Positions 41,238-52,600 of a stretch of DNA of 64,000 bases are shown here, in pieces. How positions within the stretch are numbered: the stretch's first letter is position 1; each line of letters begins with the position of its first letter. The notes beneath the pieces were generated by a model. The model was given only the letters and a program-made list of their open reading frames with translations, was not told the DNA's origin and searched no databases. The stretch is from a virus: IMG/VR virus record IMGVR_UViG_3300046171_000138; one strand, written 5' to 3'. A program made the position numbers and the translations under genes.

Positions 41238-43838
41238 ATGGCGAAGGTATTATTGGATGTAATTCTTGCAGAAGGAACTGACAAGCAAGGATTCGTAGAT
41301 AGTTTTAATGCCGAGACCGAAGCGGATTGGTGGAATATGCTGGGCAGTATGCCCAAGCTAATCGTCATGAATGTTGAAGAGGATTATGTAGAAACATTCC
41401 GTTCACATTCTGATGTCATCCAAGCAACAGAAATTCCAGAAGATTTTGAGGCTTCCACTGCTCCATCAGTAGAGGAGATGACGAAGTGGTATACATCTAG
41501 TACAAGTTCTTCTTATAGATCTCCTACTGGCAATGGGGAAGACAACGCTCCTGTACAATTTCTTTATGACAGTAATCAAATCGTACCATTAGACAGTGGT
41601 CTATCTGTTTTTAGTGTAGGAAGAGATGATGATAGTTTCTCCACTGAAGGGGCATACACATATAAGTCTAGATGGACTGGAAAGCATGTTGATATCGTCA
41701 CTCTAGAATCTGGTAGTGGTGGAAATTGGGCAAGTAATGCAGGTACACATGACCTCCATCCAGATTTCCAAAAATTATCTTCTGAAGATGACTCTCATGC
41801 AAGAGTAGATCCATATTGGTATCAGTGTCAAGCACACTCAAATATGAAGAATACCATCACAGTAAATGCTGCTGATGGGACTAGAAATACATATACTTTT
41901 ACTGTAAGTTTTGGTGGAAGTGGAATTTATACTTTAGTTGGTAGTGATAGAAATGGTTCTATCAATGGAAGCAATCCACCCATTACTGTCCAGGAAGGAG
42001 ATATTTTAATCTTTAATGTAACTGCTTCTGGTCATCCATTTATGATTAGAGATGCTGACGGTGGCAGCAACATCACCGATGGTAGCGTAGATAACGCAGG
42101 TACTGATAATGGTACTGTTACTTGGACGACTAGAACATCATCTAGATTCATTCCAATGGATTGGCCTGATCTAGAAGCAGATGCTAATAACCAAGTTACA
42201 ACCAACGATGGTGGTAACAGTGGATTAACAAATCATGGTATAGGTGTATTAAGTGCTGCTGGCGGAACCATTTGTGGATTTGCAAAGAAAGCAAATCTCT
42301 ATGCAATGTATTTGGTAACTGGTGATAGTCCTACAGAATGTATTCAATCTGTTATTGATTGGCATAATGCAAAACCAAATAATCCAGAGACAGGTGTTCC
42401 TAATCCAACTATTCTAATTGCAGAATATCAATACCTACGTGATAGAAGACATGGAATTCCTATCGACAGTGTATCCCAAATTAATAAAGCAGATGGAACA
42501 ACGGTAAGTAGACCAGGTGGCGCAACTTCTACAAACAGTCCTTATTGGTATCAGTGTCAATATCATGCAAACATGAAAAACACTATCACTATTGGTACTA
42601 GTGATGGAACTTCAAATAACTACAGCATTAGTGTATCTTTTGGTGGAAGTGGACTGTATGCCATGACAGGTAGTGATAGAAATGGAACGGTTAGCGGAAA
42701 TAATCCTGCTATCACTATTAAAGACGGAGACACTATTACTTTCAATGTCAATGCAGAGGGTCATCCATTCTTAATTAGAGATGCTGATGGTGGCAATAAT
42801 ATCAATGATGGTAGTGTAACTGGTCAGGGTTCTGAATTATCTAATGTTGTGTTTACTACATCTACAGGTGGATGGGGATCAGATTTTTCTGAATTTGTAA
42901 AAGAAAACATTATACCCTTCAAAGTATATAATCCAACATCTACAGATTATTCTTGGATGGTTGTAATGCCATCACAATTTGATTACGGTTCTTTAAAGAC
43001 TGCATTAGACAGTGCTTGGAGTAATGGCATTGTTTGTATTAATGCAGCTGGCAATAACGGCGGAACTTTTAACAAAGAGAATAGTCAAACTAGTACAAGT
43101 ATAGATATTGATGCTGGTCCAAATTACTCTGTTATCAACATTTCTTATGGTAGTGCTAACTCGGAAAGCACGTCTAGTACAACCACATGGTATCCATTTA
43201 AATCATATGGTCCACATGGTGTAGAGAGTAATATTGATGTTGCTGCTGGTTATAACTCACAAGACTATCCTGGTTTGGATGGATATTCAAACAGAGGACC
43301 AGGAATTGATATTGTAGGTCTTGGTGCTAACACATGGACTTCGTATCCTAGTACCACATATGGATCCTATAAGTGGGGAATGTTCTCGGGTACAAGTTGT
43401 GCTACACCAACAGTAGTCGGTAAAGCAGCATGTATTATGGAAGAATACTTCTGGTATAACGATGCGTGGCCAACACCAGATCAAACTAAATCAATACTAT
43501 TATCAAAAGCATCAAATAAATGTAGAGGTATAGCATCGGGTGGTGTTGGATTTAGTTGGTCGAATGTACCTAGTGCAGGCGGTGCATCTTTGTCAAATGA
43601 GATCTCTTTCGGTAACTGTAGTATTTCTAGTGGCAATAATGGTAATGGTGGATTTAAGTATACTGAATTAACAGGCACTACACATCTACGAGCATACTTC
43701 GATCCACAAGATGAGGACAGTCATCCATTTGCACACAGAATCAAACACCATAGCAAAAGACCAGTTGCAGGTGGGATGTATCCCAGAGTAAATAGTGTTG
43801 TAGGTCGTCATCGTATGGACCTACCTGATATGACATAA
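41238..43838 (+). CDS. Subtilisin-like (S8) protease with two cupredoxin-like inserts
   Basis: HG (42234), AAGN, PGIDIVGLG and FSGTSCATP (Ser 43395) subtilase motifs. Confidence 0.85.
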   Translation: MAKVLLDVILAEGTDKQGFVDSFNAETEADWWNMLGSMPKLIVMNVEEDYVETFRSHSDVIQATEIPEDFEASTAPSVEEMTKWYTSSTSSSYRSPTGNGEDNAPVQFLYDSNQIVPLDSGLSVFSVGRDDDSFSTEGAYTYKSRWTGKHVDIVTLESGSGGNWASNAGTHDLHPDFQKLSSEDDSHARVDPYWYQCQAHSNMKNTITVNAADGTRNTYTFTVSFGGSGIYTLVGSDRNGSINGSNPPITVQEGDILIFNVTASGHPFMIRDADGGSNITDGSVDNAGTDNGTVTWTTRTSSRFIPMDWPDLEADANNQVTTNDGGNSGLTNHGIGVLSAAGGTICGFAKKANLYAMYLVTGDSPTECIQSVIDWHNAKPNNPETGVPNPTILIAEYQYLRDRRHGIPIDSVSQINKADGTTVSRPGGATSTNSPYWYQCQYHANMKNTITIGTSDGTSNNYSISVSFGGSGLYAMTGSDRNGTVSGNNPAITIKDGDTITFNVNAEGHPFLIRDADGGNNINDGSVTGQGSELSNVVFTTSTGGWGSDFSEFVKENIIPFKVYNPTSTDYSWMVVMPSQFDYGSLKTALDSAWSNGIVCINAAGNNGGTFNKENSQTSTSIDIDAGPNYSVINISYGSANSESTSSTTTWYPFKSYGPHGVESNIDVAAGYNSQDYPGLDGYSNRGPGIDIVGLGANTWTSYPSTTYGSYKWGMFSGTSCATPTVVGKAACIMEEYFWYNDAWPTPDQTKSILLSKASNKCRGIASGGVGFSWSNVPSAGGASLSNEISFGNCSISSGNNGNGGFKYTELTGTTHLRAYFDPQDEDSHPFAHRIKHHSKRPVAGGMYPRVNSVVGRHRMDLPDMT
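41811..42860 (+). repeat. Duplicated 321-bp module (41811-42131 and 42540-42860) inside the protease gene
   Basis: PYWYQCQxHxNMKNTIT...GSDRNG..SG.NP.IT...GD...FNV.A.GHPF.IRDADGG in both copies. Confidence 0.9.
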
Positions 43839-43861
43839 ATAAAAATACTTGTTATATTTTG

Positions 43862-44050
43862 ATGGATAATACACAATTGCGAGCTGAATTTGAAAAACAG
43901 TTTGCTGATTACGATCTTAAAATTAGGCGAGGTGAGGAAGAACTTGTCAAGTTGCGTGAATATCGCACTAAACTAGAAGGCGGGTTGGAAGCACTTAACA
44001 TACTAGAAAAGGGTACAGATGGCAGCGATACCAGTCAACATACTGATTGA
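43862..44050 (+). CDS. Small coiled-coil protein
   Basis: ORF; upstream CATAAATA late-promoter-like element. Confidence 0.7.
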   Translation: MDNTQLRAEFEKQFADYDLKIRRGEEELVKLREYRTKLEGGLEALNILEKGTDGSDTSQHTD

Positions 44051-44351
44051 TAAAGGAGCAGACTTTGCAGTCACCTTTTTCATCACTAATAAAGATGGAA
44101 CCCCGCTAAACATGTCAGGGTATACTGGTTCTGCTGTGATGAAGAAAAGTTATTCTGCATCAACTTCAGTTCCATTTACTTTAGATTTTGTCAATAGAAC
44201 TACAGGAGAAATTGCTCTTACATTAACAGATACTGAAACTCTAGCATTGGATCGTAGAAGATATGTCTATGACATTATTCTCACTGATCCTAATGATTAC
44301 AAAACTAGAGTGATTATGGGCAATGCAGAAGTCAGTCCTGGAGTTTCCTGA
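44019..44351 (+). CDS. Small virion structural protein (BppU-N-like)
   Basis: VNILIDKGADF...PLNMSGYT...GEIALTL...RYVYDI...RVIMGNAEVSPGV. Confidence 0.75.
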   Translation: MAAIPVNILIDKGADFAVTFFITNKDGTPLNMSGYTGSAVMKKSYSASTSVPFTLDFVNRTTGEIALTLTDTETLALDRRRYVYDIILTDPNDYKTRVIMGNAEVSPGVS

Positions 44352-45070
44352 TGGCACAGTATAACGTCAGGGTTGGCAACAATGCATATCGTGTTGGTAA
44401 GCAATTACCAGCGCAGCATAAGCTTGACGTAAACTACCAGATTCCGTCGAAGTCAGTACAGAATTCTAATCTTCTGATTGAATCACTGGCATCCCAATTT
44501 GATGGAACACAGGATACATTCAATCTAATCGTCAATGGAGAAGCATATACTCCATTGAACGAAGAACAGATAATGATTTCTGTAGGTGATGTTGTTTTAT
44601 CACCTGGAGTTGATTACATTGTTTCAAACGATCAGATTGTTTTCAGTACACCACCAACTGCAGGTGTACAGTTCTTTGGAGTGGCATATGCTACTACAGC
44701 AGATCTAACCAGAACACTTAATTATGTCATAGACAGTGGTTCCTTTCCTATGGGGAATGGTCCTAAAGGAACCATGACAGTTGACGTTACTGGAATCATT
44801 GAGTCCTGGACTATCCTTGCTGATAGCGAAGGAAACATTGAAGTTGATATTGAAAAATGTAGTTTTTCTGACTTCCCCAATTTTCAATCTATTTGCGGTA
44901 CTGAACGTCCTACATTAGGAATCATAAATAATAGCACGGCTAGAAAAAATAAAGATGACAGCCTGTCTACCTGGAACACTACCGTGAATGCAGGAGATAT
45001 TTTTCAATTCAAAGTGAATTATTCGATCAACATCTCACGATGCATGGTCTCATTGAAATTGAAACTATAA
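44351..45070 (+). CDS. Virion structural protein
   Basis: FDGTQDTFNL...PGVDY module plus IDSG...G.KG..TVDVTGIIESWTI domain. Confidence 0.75.
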   Translation: MAQYNVRVGNNAYRVGKQLPAQHKLDVNYQIPSKSVQNSNLLIESLASQFDGTQDTFNLIVNGEAYTPLNEEQIMISVGDVVLSPGVDYIVSNDQIVFSTPPTAGVQFFGVAYATTADLTRTLNYVIDSGSFPMGNGPKGTMTVDVTGIIESWTILADSEGNIEVDIEKCSFSDFPNFQSICGTERPTLGIINNSTARKNKDDSLSTWNTTVNAGDIFQFKVNYSINISRCMVSLKLKL

Positions 45071-45089
45071 ATAGTATACGATATAAATA
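45066..45089 (+). promoter_or_regulatory. Two T4-type late promoters
   Basis: TATAAATA at 45066-45073 and 45082-45089. Confidence 0.75.
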
Positions 45090-45123
45090 ACAATAAATCG
45101 AGAGATAAACACGGAGAGTTTAC

Positions 45124-46548
45124 ATGGCACTGCTAGTAACCGACAACGGTGAAATTGATTCTCTACGTAATCTACTGAATTACAATCAGGAGATTCCTAG
45201 AAACTTAATTCTGAAGTTGTTCACGACAAATACATATCCAGCTGAAAGCGACACGCCTTCACAAACAAGATATTACGAGCCCTACACCAACAACAATACG
45301 TTGGGATATGGTTCTGGACCCACCACAGGGTATCATCAAGTTGAAAATAATAGAACTGATCAGGATTATTCTAACCAGTATGGAATTCTGCTGAACGGAA
45401 CTCGTTGGACAATCGAGACTCTACAAGCTGCTGCAGTTGCTGCTGTCGCTGGCGCTGGTACTCAAGACGAGTACACAGTCACCGTTGCTTCAAATACTGG
45501 CATTAAAAAAGGCGACTACGTAACTGGCGGCGACGTTGGTACTGGTGCATATGTCGTTGATATCGACGGTCTAACTCTCCTCTTGAGTGTCAAAAATACT
45601 GGCACGTTTACTGGACAAAACCTAGACTTCGGTGCTGGCAGAACGACTGCTTCTTATCCAGAGCAAACCTTCACGTTTGATGGTGCTGCTGGTGATGTTT
45701 ATGGTTACATGCTTGTTCGTGCTAACAACATGCCTACCACCATTCACGGTGTTCTCGATGCAGGTACTGCAGCCGCTGGAACAACTATCAGTAAGACTGG
45801 TATCCGTGGTACTATCGGCAATGACTATTTCGTTCTTGCTGCTGTTTCTAACACCACTACCATCACTGGTACTTCTGGCGAGTTCTCCGTAACCGTTGGT
45901 TCTACTGCAGGTCTTGCAGTTGGACAGAGAATCACTGGTACTGGCATTGCTACTGGTACAAGAATTGCTGGTATCGCAGGAACCACTGTTTATCTAGACA
46001 AGGCACTCACTGGTGCTGCTTCTGGTAACGGTGTATTCCAAGCAGAAGTCGGTGAAGATCTAACTGTCGGCATGGCAGTCTCCCAGACTGGTACTGCTGG
46101 TGTTATTGGTGGTGCTCCTAATGGCATCGACGCTGGAACTATCATTACTGGTATTGATCACCAGGTATATGTTGATGGTTCTTTGACAGATGGAACAGTC
46201 ACTGTTTATCTGAACAACGCACTGATTGATAACATTCAGCCGTCTAACAGCAATGACGAAGTTGAATTTGACTTCAGTAAGGTAACTGCAACTGGTCACG
46301 GTCTCGTCAAAGGCGATGCCGTCTACATTGACCAGGGTACTGGTAACAGCACTACAACTGCTAGCACCTACACCGTATTCGATGTAATTGATGCTAACAC
46401 CTTTACCACAACCAAGGCACTAAACGGCACTGGTTCACTAACTCTTTACAGCGCAATCTTCTTCGCTGAAAGATTCACGAATGGTCCATACGCGATTCAA
46501 AATGCTGGTGACCAAATCAAAGTCACCCTGAACGTCAGCCTCGACTGA
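45124..46548 (+). CDS. Virion/tail structural protein with internal beta-rich repeats
   Basis: TASYPEQTFTF...VYGY and FAERFTNGPY..QNAGDQIKVT; repeats of the form VTV.ST.GL.VG..VTG.G. Confidence 0.75.
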   Translation: MALLVTDNGEIDSLRNLLNYNQEIPRNLILKLFTTNTYPAESDTPSQTRYYEPYTNNNTLGYGSGPTTGYHQVENNRTDQDYSNQYGILLNGTRWTIETLQAAAVAAVAGAGTQDEYTVTVASNTGIKKGDYVTGGDVGTGAYVVDIDGLTLLLSVKNTGTFTGQNLDFGAGRTTASYPEQTFTFDGAAGDVYGYMLVRANNMPTTIHGVLDAGTAAAGTTISKTGIRGTIGNDYFVLAAVSNTTTITGTSGEFSVTVGSTAGLAVGQRITGTGIATGTRIAGIAGTTVYLDKALTGAASGNGVFQAEVGEDLTVGMAVSQTGTAGVIGGAPNGIDAGTIITGIDHQVYVDGSLTDGTVTVYLNNALIDNIQPSNSNDEVEFDFSKVTATGHGLVKGDAVYIDQGTGNSTTTASTYTVFDVIDANTFTTTKALNGTGSLTLYSAIFFAERFTNGPYAIQNAGDQIKVTLNVSLD

Positions 46549-46573
46549 TATACTCAAATTGAGTTCTACATTA

Positions 46574-46611
46574 TGGGGGGATTGCTTCACTGGCGGTCCC
46601 CCTATTTTTTT
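46574..46611 (+). terminator. Rho-independent terminator
   Basis: GGGGGA...TCCCCC stem followed by T7. Confidence 0.75.
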
Positions 46612-46627
46612 AACTTGGCTGTAGTTT

Positions 46628-49600
46628 ATGGTATTCTCCTACGCTGGTACTGGAAGAATGCCCCAGTTTGTTGCTTATGAAGCACTGGGGGTAATTTCTT
46701 ACAGCTATACAGCGTCGGTACTAAACGAGTTTATTAAATTAGATTTTGGTTCAATAGGTCTAGCATACTGGGTAATTGCAGACCATGCAAACAAAGTCAT
46801 TCAAGACTATAAAGATGATCAAATAATCAACCTGACAGAAGACGGCGGAGTCGTCAGTCAATTTGATTATGGTAGCATTTTAGAAGTAGAGGCAGTAGCA
46901 CAAGACGATTGGGGTCTTATTACCGATACTTCAAACATCGAGACGATGGGAAGAACACACTTCCATTCTCTCACTACATGGTCTGTTATCAAAACCTGGA
47001 TTGGTTCTGGTACGGTCTTCGAGTTCGGTGGATCCAGATACAGACTGGATGCTCCATACATCGTTTCTGGAACACTGCGCGTTGATGGCAACGCCAACAC
47101 TCATTATGTACCTGCGATTGCTACGGAGGGACTACTACCCCTTCGTAGTGACACTAAAATTGCGTATGCTCCTAACTGGAATGTATTCGGCACCTTATTC
47201 AGCGGTAGCTTTGCTGGAGAGGCTGTCACCAAGGTATTCCCAGAGGATCCTGATTATACGATCAAACAAGGTTCACTTACCACGCTAACTGCTGCGGATC
47301 TGTCTAGCGGTTATGGAGCGGTATATGATGGATCTAGATACACATCCAGTAGTGGAGCTGGCACTAGTCCTACTAATGGATTTGCTGTAGGTCCACACGT
47401 CAGATTCGGTACAGCTTTCGATCCTGGAAGTTCTAGTAGCACATCCAGAAAAGTTGAATATGATCTAGACCTCACTGGTATTGAGGAGATCACCTTTAGA
47501 CTCGTTATGGGTAGCGGCACTAATGGTGGCGAGACTCCAGAGAATAATGAACACCTATGGATGAGATACCTAGATACAGGTCTCTCCAATGCTGATGCAT
47601 CTAGAAAATTACTAGACCATACAGAAACTACTTACACGACTCCTGGCGATAAGACAGTTACTGTCCCAGTAGAGGCAAGAAGACCTAATCAAACGATTAG
47701 AATTTACCAGTTATCATGGACTGGTACATATGAATTTGATCACTATGGATTTATATCGCTATCGTATGGCAGCGAAGTTGTTGTCGGTGGAGATGGTGAT
47801 CAACGCAATAATCTATTCAATGTTGGTGGAGATGCTGGTATCAGCTTCAGACCTAACTGGGTTGGTTCTGGCGTCCTGTTCAACTTCAGCACTACTACAT
47901 TCTCACAGACATATGATTATGTCGGTGAAGGAACTCTATTTGGCATCTCTTCTACAGAAGAAAAAGTTGTCTGGGATTACAACAATTCCAGCATTGATTA
48001 CTTTACATACGAGAACTTTGGGTCGGTTGCCGAAGCACCGATCAATTCTATTACGATCCAATCGATTGCTAATGAGACAATCGAAAGTCGTGCAAACGAA
48101 AGGATTATTGATCTAATTGTTCCTGGGTCTAGTGTTGGTGCATTCCTAGACTTCGGTACTATTCTCACTGACGGTGTACAGACTCCTTCTACTGTCGGAC
48201 TTGACTGGGGTGAGATTCTTACTAATCAGACAGATTATCCATTCGGTCTGTTCCCGATCAATGGTACTGCCAAGCAAGTATTCACTCCCAACTTTATTGG
48301 TTCGGGTGTCCTGTTCTCGTTTGGAGAAGGTATTGGTAGAACCAAACCAAGATGGATTGCCTATGTTCAGATTGGAATCTCTGGTGTTGCGAAGACAAAC
48401 TTCAGTCTTCTTCACAAGGGTTCGGGTAATCTATTCAGCTTCAACAACGGCGAAGATCGCAGAGCATATGTATACAGCGGTTCAGGTGCCCTCTATGCGT
48501 TCTCTGGTGCTTCCGAATCGGTCGGTGCCGACTATCCCGACTCCACGGCGTTGCTACCTATTGCAGGCGCTGCTGGCGTTGCCTTTGCTCCTAACTGGAT
48601 TACAGAAGGTACAGTCAAGACAGAAGGTACAGCAGTCGAGAGACAGACTGATCACTATCAAGGTTCTGGAACTCTATTCAACTTCGAGACTGCTGACGAG
48701 GCAGTTGCATATCACTATAGCAGTACATCTAATGCGATATTCAACTATCGCAATTATGGATCGGTCGCTGATACACCGATCAATTCTATTACGATCCAGT
48801 CTATTGCTAATGATACTATTGAGAGTCGTAAAGACGAAAGAATTATTGATCTAATTGTTGCTGGATCTAGTGTCGGTCAGTTCCTAGATTCTGGTTTCAT
48901 TCTTCTCGGTGGCGAGGATGCTCCAGAAACTGTCAGAGAAGATTATGGTTCTATCATGGAATCTATCTCCCGCTATGCGATGGGAGACTTCTTGTTTGAG
49001 GGCGAAGCAGATCTTGCTAGAACACGCACTCATATCGGAACTGGTAATCTATTTGCATTCGTTGAAGGTCGTGGTAGAACTAAACCAAGATGGATTGCCA
49101 ATGTCCTAATTGAAGTTAGTGGTAAAGGTGATACACCTAGAGCAAGAAGTTTTGTTGGAGAAGGCGTACTATTCAACCTCAACAATGCAGAAGATAGGAG
49201 AGCATATGCATACAGCGGTTCAGGTGCCCTCTATGCCATCTCTGGTGCTTCTGAATCGGTTGGTGCGGACTATCCCGACTCTACAGCGTTGCTGCCTATT
49301 ACAGGCGCTGCTAGAGTCAGCTTCACGCCTAACTGGATTTCCGAGGGTGTTGCAACTCTCACTGGTGCATCAGTCGAGAGACAGACTGATCACTATCAAG
49401 GTTCTGGAACTCTATTCAACTTTGAGACTGCTGACGAGGCAGTTGCATATCATTACAGTAGTACATCCAATGATATCTTTGAGTATCGCAACTACGGATC
49501 TGTTGCCGACACTCCAATTGAATCTATTACGATTCAATCTATTGCTAATGAAACCATTGAGAGTCGCAAGGACGACAGAATTATTGATCTAGTAGAAAGT

Positions 49601-52600
49601 GGTTCTACTTCTGGATCTTATCTGAATTACGGATTCATTCTTCTCGATGGTGAAGATGCTCCCGAGACTATTAGAGAAGATTATGGTTCCATCATGGAAT
49701 CTATCTCCCGTTATGCAATGGGAGACTTCCTGGTTCAGGGTGAAGCAGCAACAGTCAGAACACGTACTCATATTGGTTCTGGTGACATCAAGATTAATGT
49801 CGCCACTATCGTCAGCGTTCCACCCAAGTGGACTTCTGATATATTCGTCGATGTTACTGGCGAGGTTGTAGATAGCGTCACCAAGACATTCACTGGTTCT
49901 GGTGATCTATTCAACTTCGTATCCGCTGATGAGAGACGCGCCTTTGGATATCAATCCACTGGAACTCTATATGCAGTTAACGGTGCTGCTGAAGTCTTTG
50001 GTGCTAACCCACCAGATATTACAACAAATCTACAAGTCAGTGGATCTGCAGCTGTTGCATTCGTTCCTAACTGGAATGGATCTGGTGACGTATCCATCTT
50101 CGGTCAACTGGTCGAACGTGCAGCAGTCAATCCTCCTGCTCGTGGAAATCTGTTCGGATTCTCCAACGCTGACGATAGAAGAACATACAGCTATAACCAA
50201 TCTTCTACCGATCTCTACGTTGATGTAGATTACGGATTTGTTGCTTCGCCTGTCATTGATTCTTGGGTCATTGCTAACCATGCATCCAAAGTCATTGAAG
50301 ACTACAAGGATGACAAACTCTTTGATCTGGTCGAGAGTGGTGGTGGAGACTTCATTGATTATGGATTCATCGAGACTGCCAATCTCGCTGGTCTTCCTGG
50401 TGCAAACAATCTTCCAGATGCAACAGAAGATTATGGCACAATCATCGATCCTCAATACGAGAGATCGATCTACCCAATGGGTCATCTGTTCAAGTTCTCT
50501 GGACTTTCAGGTGGAGTCAAGGTTGTCATCAATCTGCGTCATATCGCAGTTCTTACCAAACCAACCCTCAAATTTAGTGGCGAAGCTTCAATACGACTTC
50601 CCAACGTCCACAGTGGAAGTGGCGTTCTATTCAGCACTGGTGGAGCAGCAGAATCTGCAACATTCAGCGAAATCAAGGACGGTCTATTCGAGTTTGTTGG
50701 ATTCGCTGCAACCAGTTATACCCCCAATTTCAATGGTGGTGGCACCATCAGATTGGATGGTCGAGCATCTTCTGCAGTTGCATTCGCAGGATTCCAAGAG
50801 AACACTATTGTTCTACGTGGTATTGCTGGTCAGAAATACTTACCATCCTACGCTGGATCTGGATTTATCTCTACGTTGTCAGGAGCTGCAGAAGCAGTTA
50901 CTGCAAGTCCAGATGATCTATTCGGTCTGTTTGACTTTGTTGGAACAGCAGCAGAGAAAGCAACAGCAGCATACGTTGGTTCTGGTTCACTGTTTGCACT
51001 ATCTGGTGCAGTCGAAGCAGTTACTGCTGCAGAAGAGAAGAGGAATCTTATCAAGGTCAGCGGCAACGCTGCCGAGAGATTCATTCCGAACTTCAATGGT
51101 TCTGGTTCACTCTCTGTTCTTATTGGTGCTGCAGAATCCAGAACAGCAAGTCCAGATCCATTCTTTACTCTGTTCGACTTCACTGGTCGTGGATCAGTCA
51201 GAGCAACGATTGCAGAATCTGGATTTGCTCTTCTTTCTGTATCTGGAACAACCGAACCAGAGATCCTTACATTTGCAGAGCAACCATTTGGTACTGCTAC
51301 GATCTTCGGTCAGGGTGGAGAAAGATTTGTTCCCAGTTATGTTGGTTTTGGTCGAATCGCAGCACTGTCTGGTGCAGCAGAATCCCTTACTGTCAATCCT
51401 CTGGAGAGACAACTTCTGTTCTCCATGGGAGGAGTTGCAGGAGAAAGATTTGCTGCAGCACCTCAAGTCAAAGGAACAGAGATCAAGCTTCAGGGCGAGA
51501 TTGCTACTCCTCTACGTACATTTGCAGAACAACCATTCGGGGTTGTTCCTGTCAGTGGTATTGCAGACGAAAGATTTGTCGATGTATATGGTGGATTCGG
51601 TACTCTGTTCTCTGGAGGATTCACTTCAGAATCCATCACATTCAAGATTCCTCCAGTCAGAGAAGGAGACATTCTCTTCCGTGGATCTGCAGTCGAAGCG
51701 ATTGGATTCAATCCTCCAGATATTACAACACATATTATTCTCTCTGGAGAAGGTGTTGTTCCTCTGCGTACATTTGCAGAACAACCAACAGTTCGCATCG
51801 CTACTCGTGGCACAGCAGTCGAAAGACAAACCGATGCATATCTCGGAACTGGTGCCATCTTCTCCAACGGATTCACTTCCGAGTCTGTTACCAAGAGACT
51901 TCCAGAGTTCACCGCTCATCTCAATGTTACTGGTCTTGCAGAAGAGAAAGCAACATTCAGAGAGATCTTCTTTGGTTCCCTCTTCAAGTTCAGAGGATCT
52001 GCAGGTCGCGCACTCCTCACCTTTGCAGAGCAACCACAGACTCTATCCAAGATTAGTGGTGTTGCTGCTACCACAAGAGCAAGAGACTTTATTGGCGATG
52101 GCAACATTGCAACTCTGTCTGGTGCTGCAGAAGCAGCTACCTTCAATCCTCTGGAAAAAGATCTGCTCTTCGATGTTACTGGCATCGCTGCAGAAAGAAG
52201 AACCAATACGTTTGTTGGTACTGGTCAGATCAAAATCTACCCAGAAGCAGCAGATATCAGGTTTACCCCGAACTGGAATGTCGAAGGTGTCATTCCTGTC
52301 AGTGGTACTGCGGTCGAGCGTGTCGCAAGAGACGAGGTTGTACGTGTCCTCATCGGTACATTCTCTGGTGCTGCCGAAGCTGTCACGTTCAATCCACTGG
52401 AGAAAGATGCACTCTTCTCCTTCACTGGTCGTGCAACTATTGCTTCTGCAGTATCGGAAGTCAAGAGAGTCGAACTTGCTGTATTTGCAGAACCAGTCAA
52501 GGTTCACGTTGTTGCTGTTCCACCTCCTGGCGAAGGAACTGCAACCATCAGCGGCGTTGGCGTCGAAAGATCTGCAAGAGACTACATCGGTCAGATCCAC

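Noticed and set aside
48452-49927. Diversity-generating retroelement (TR/VR pair)
   Set aside because: Differences between the copies are mostly synonymous C/T third-position changes, not adenine-specific; both copies are in-frame coding; no reverse transcriptase in the window.
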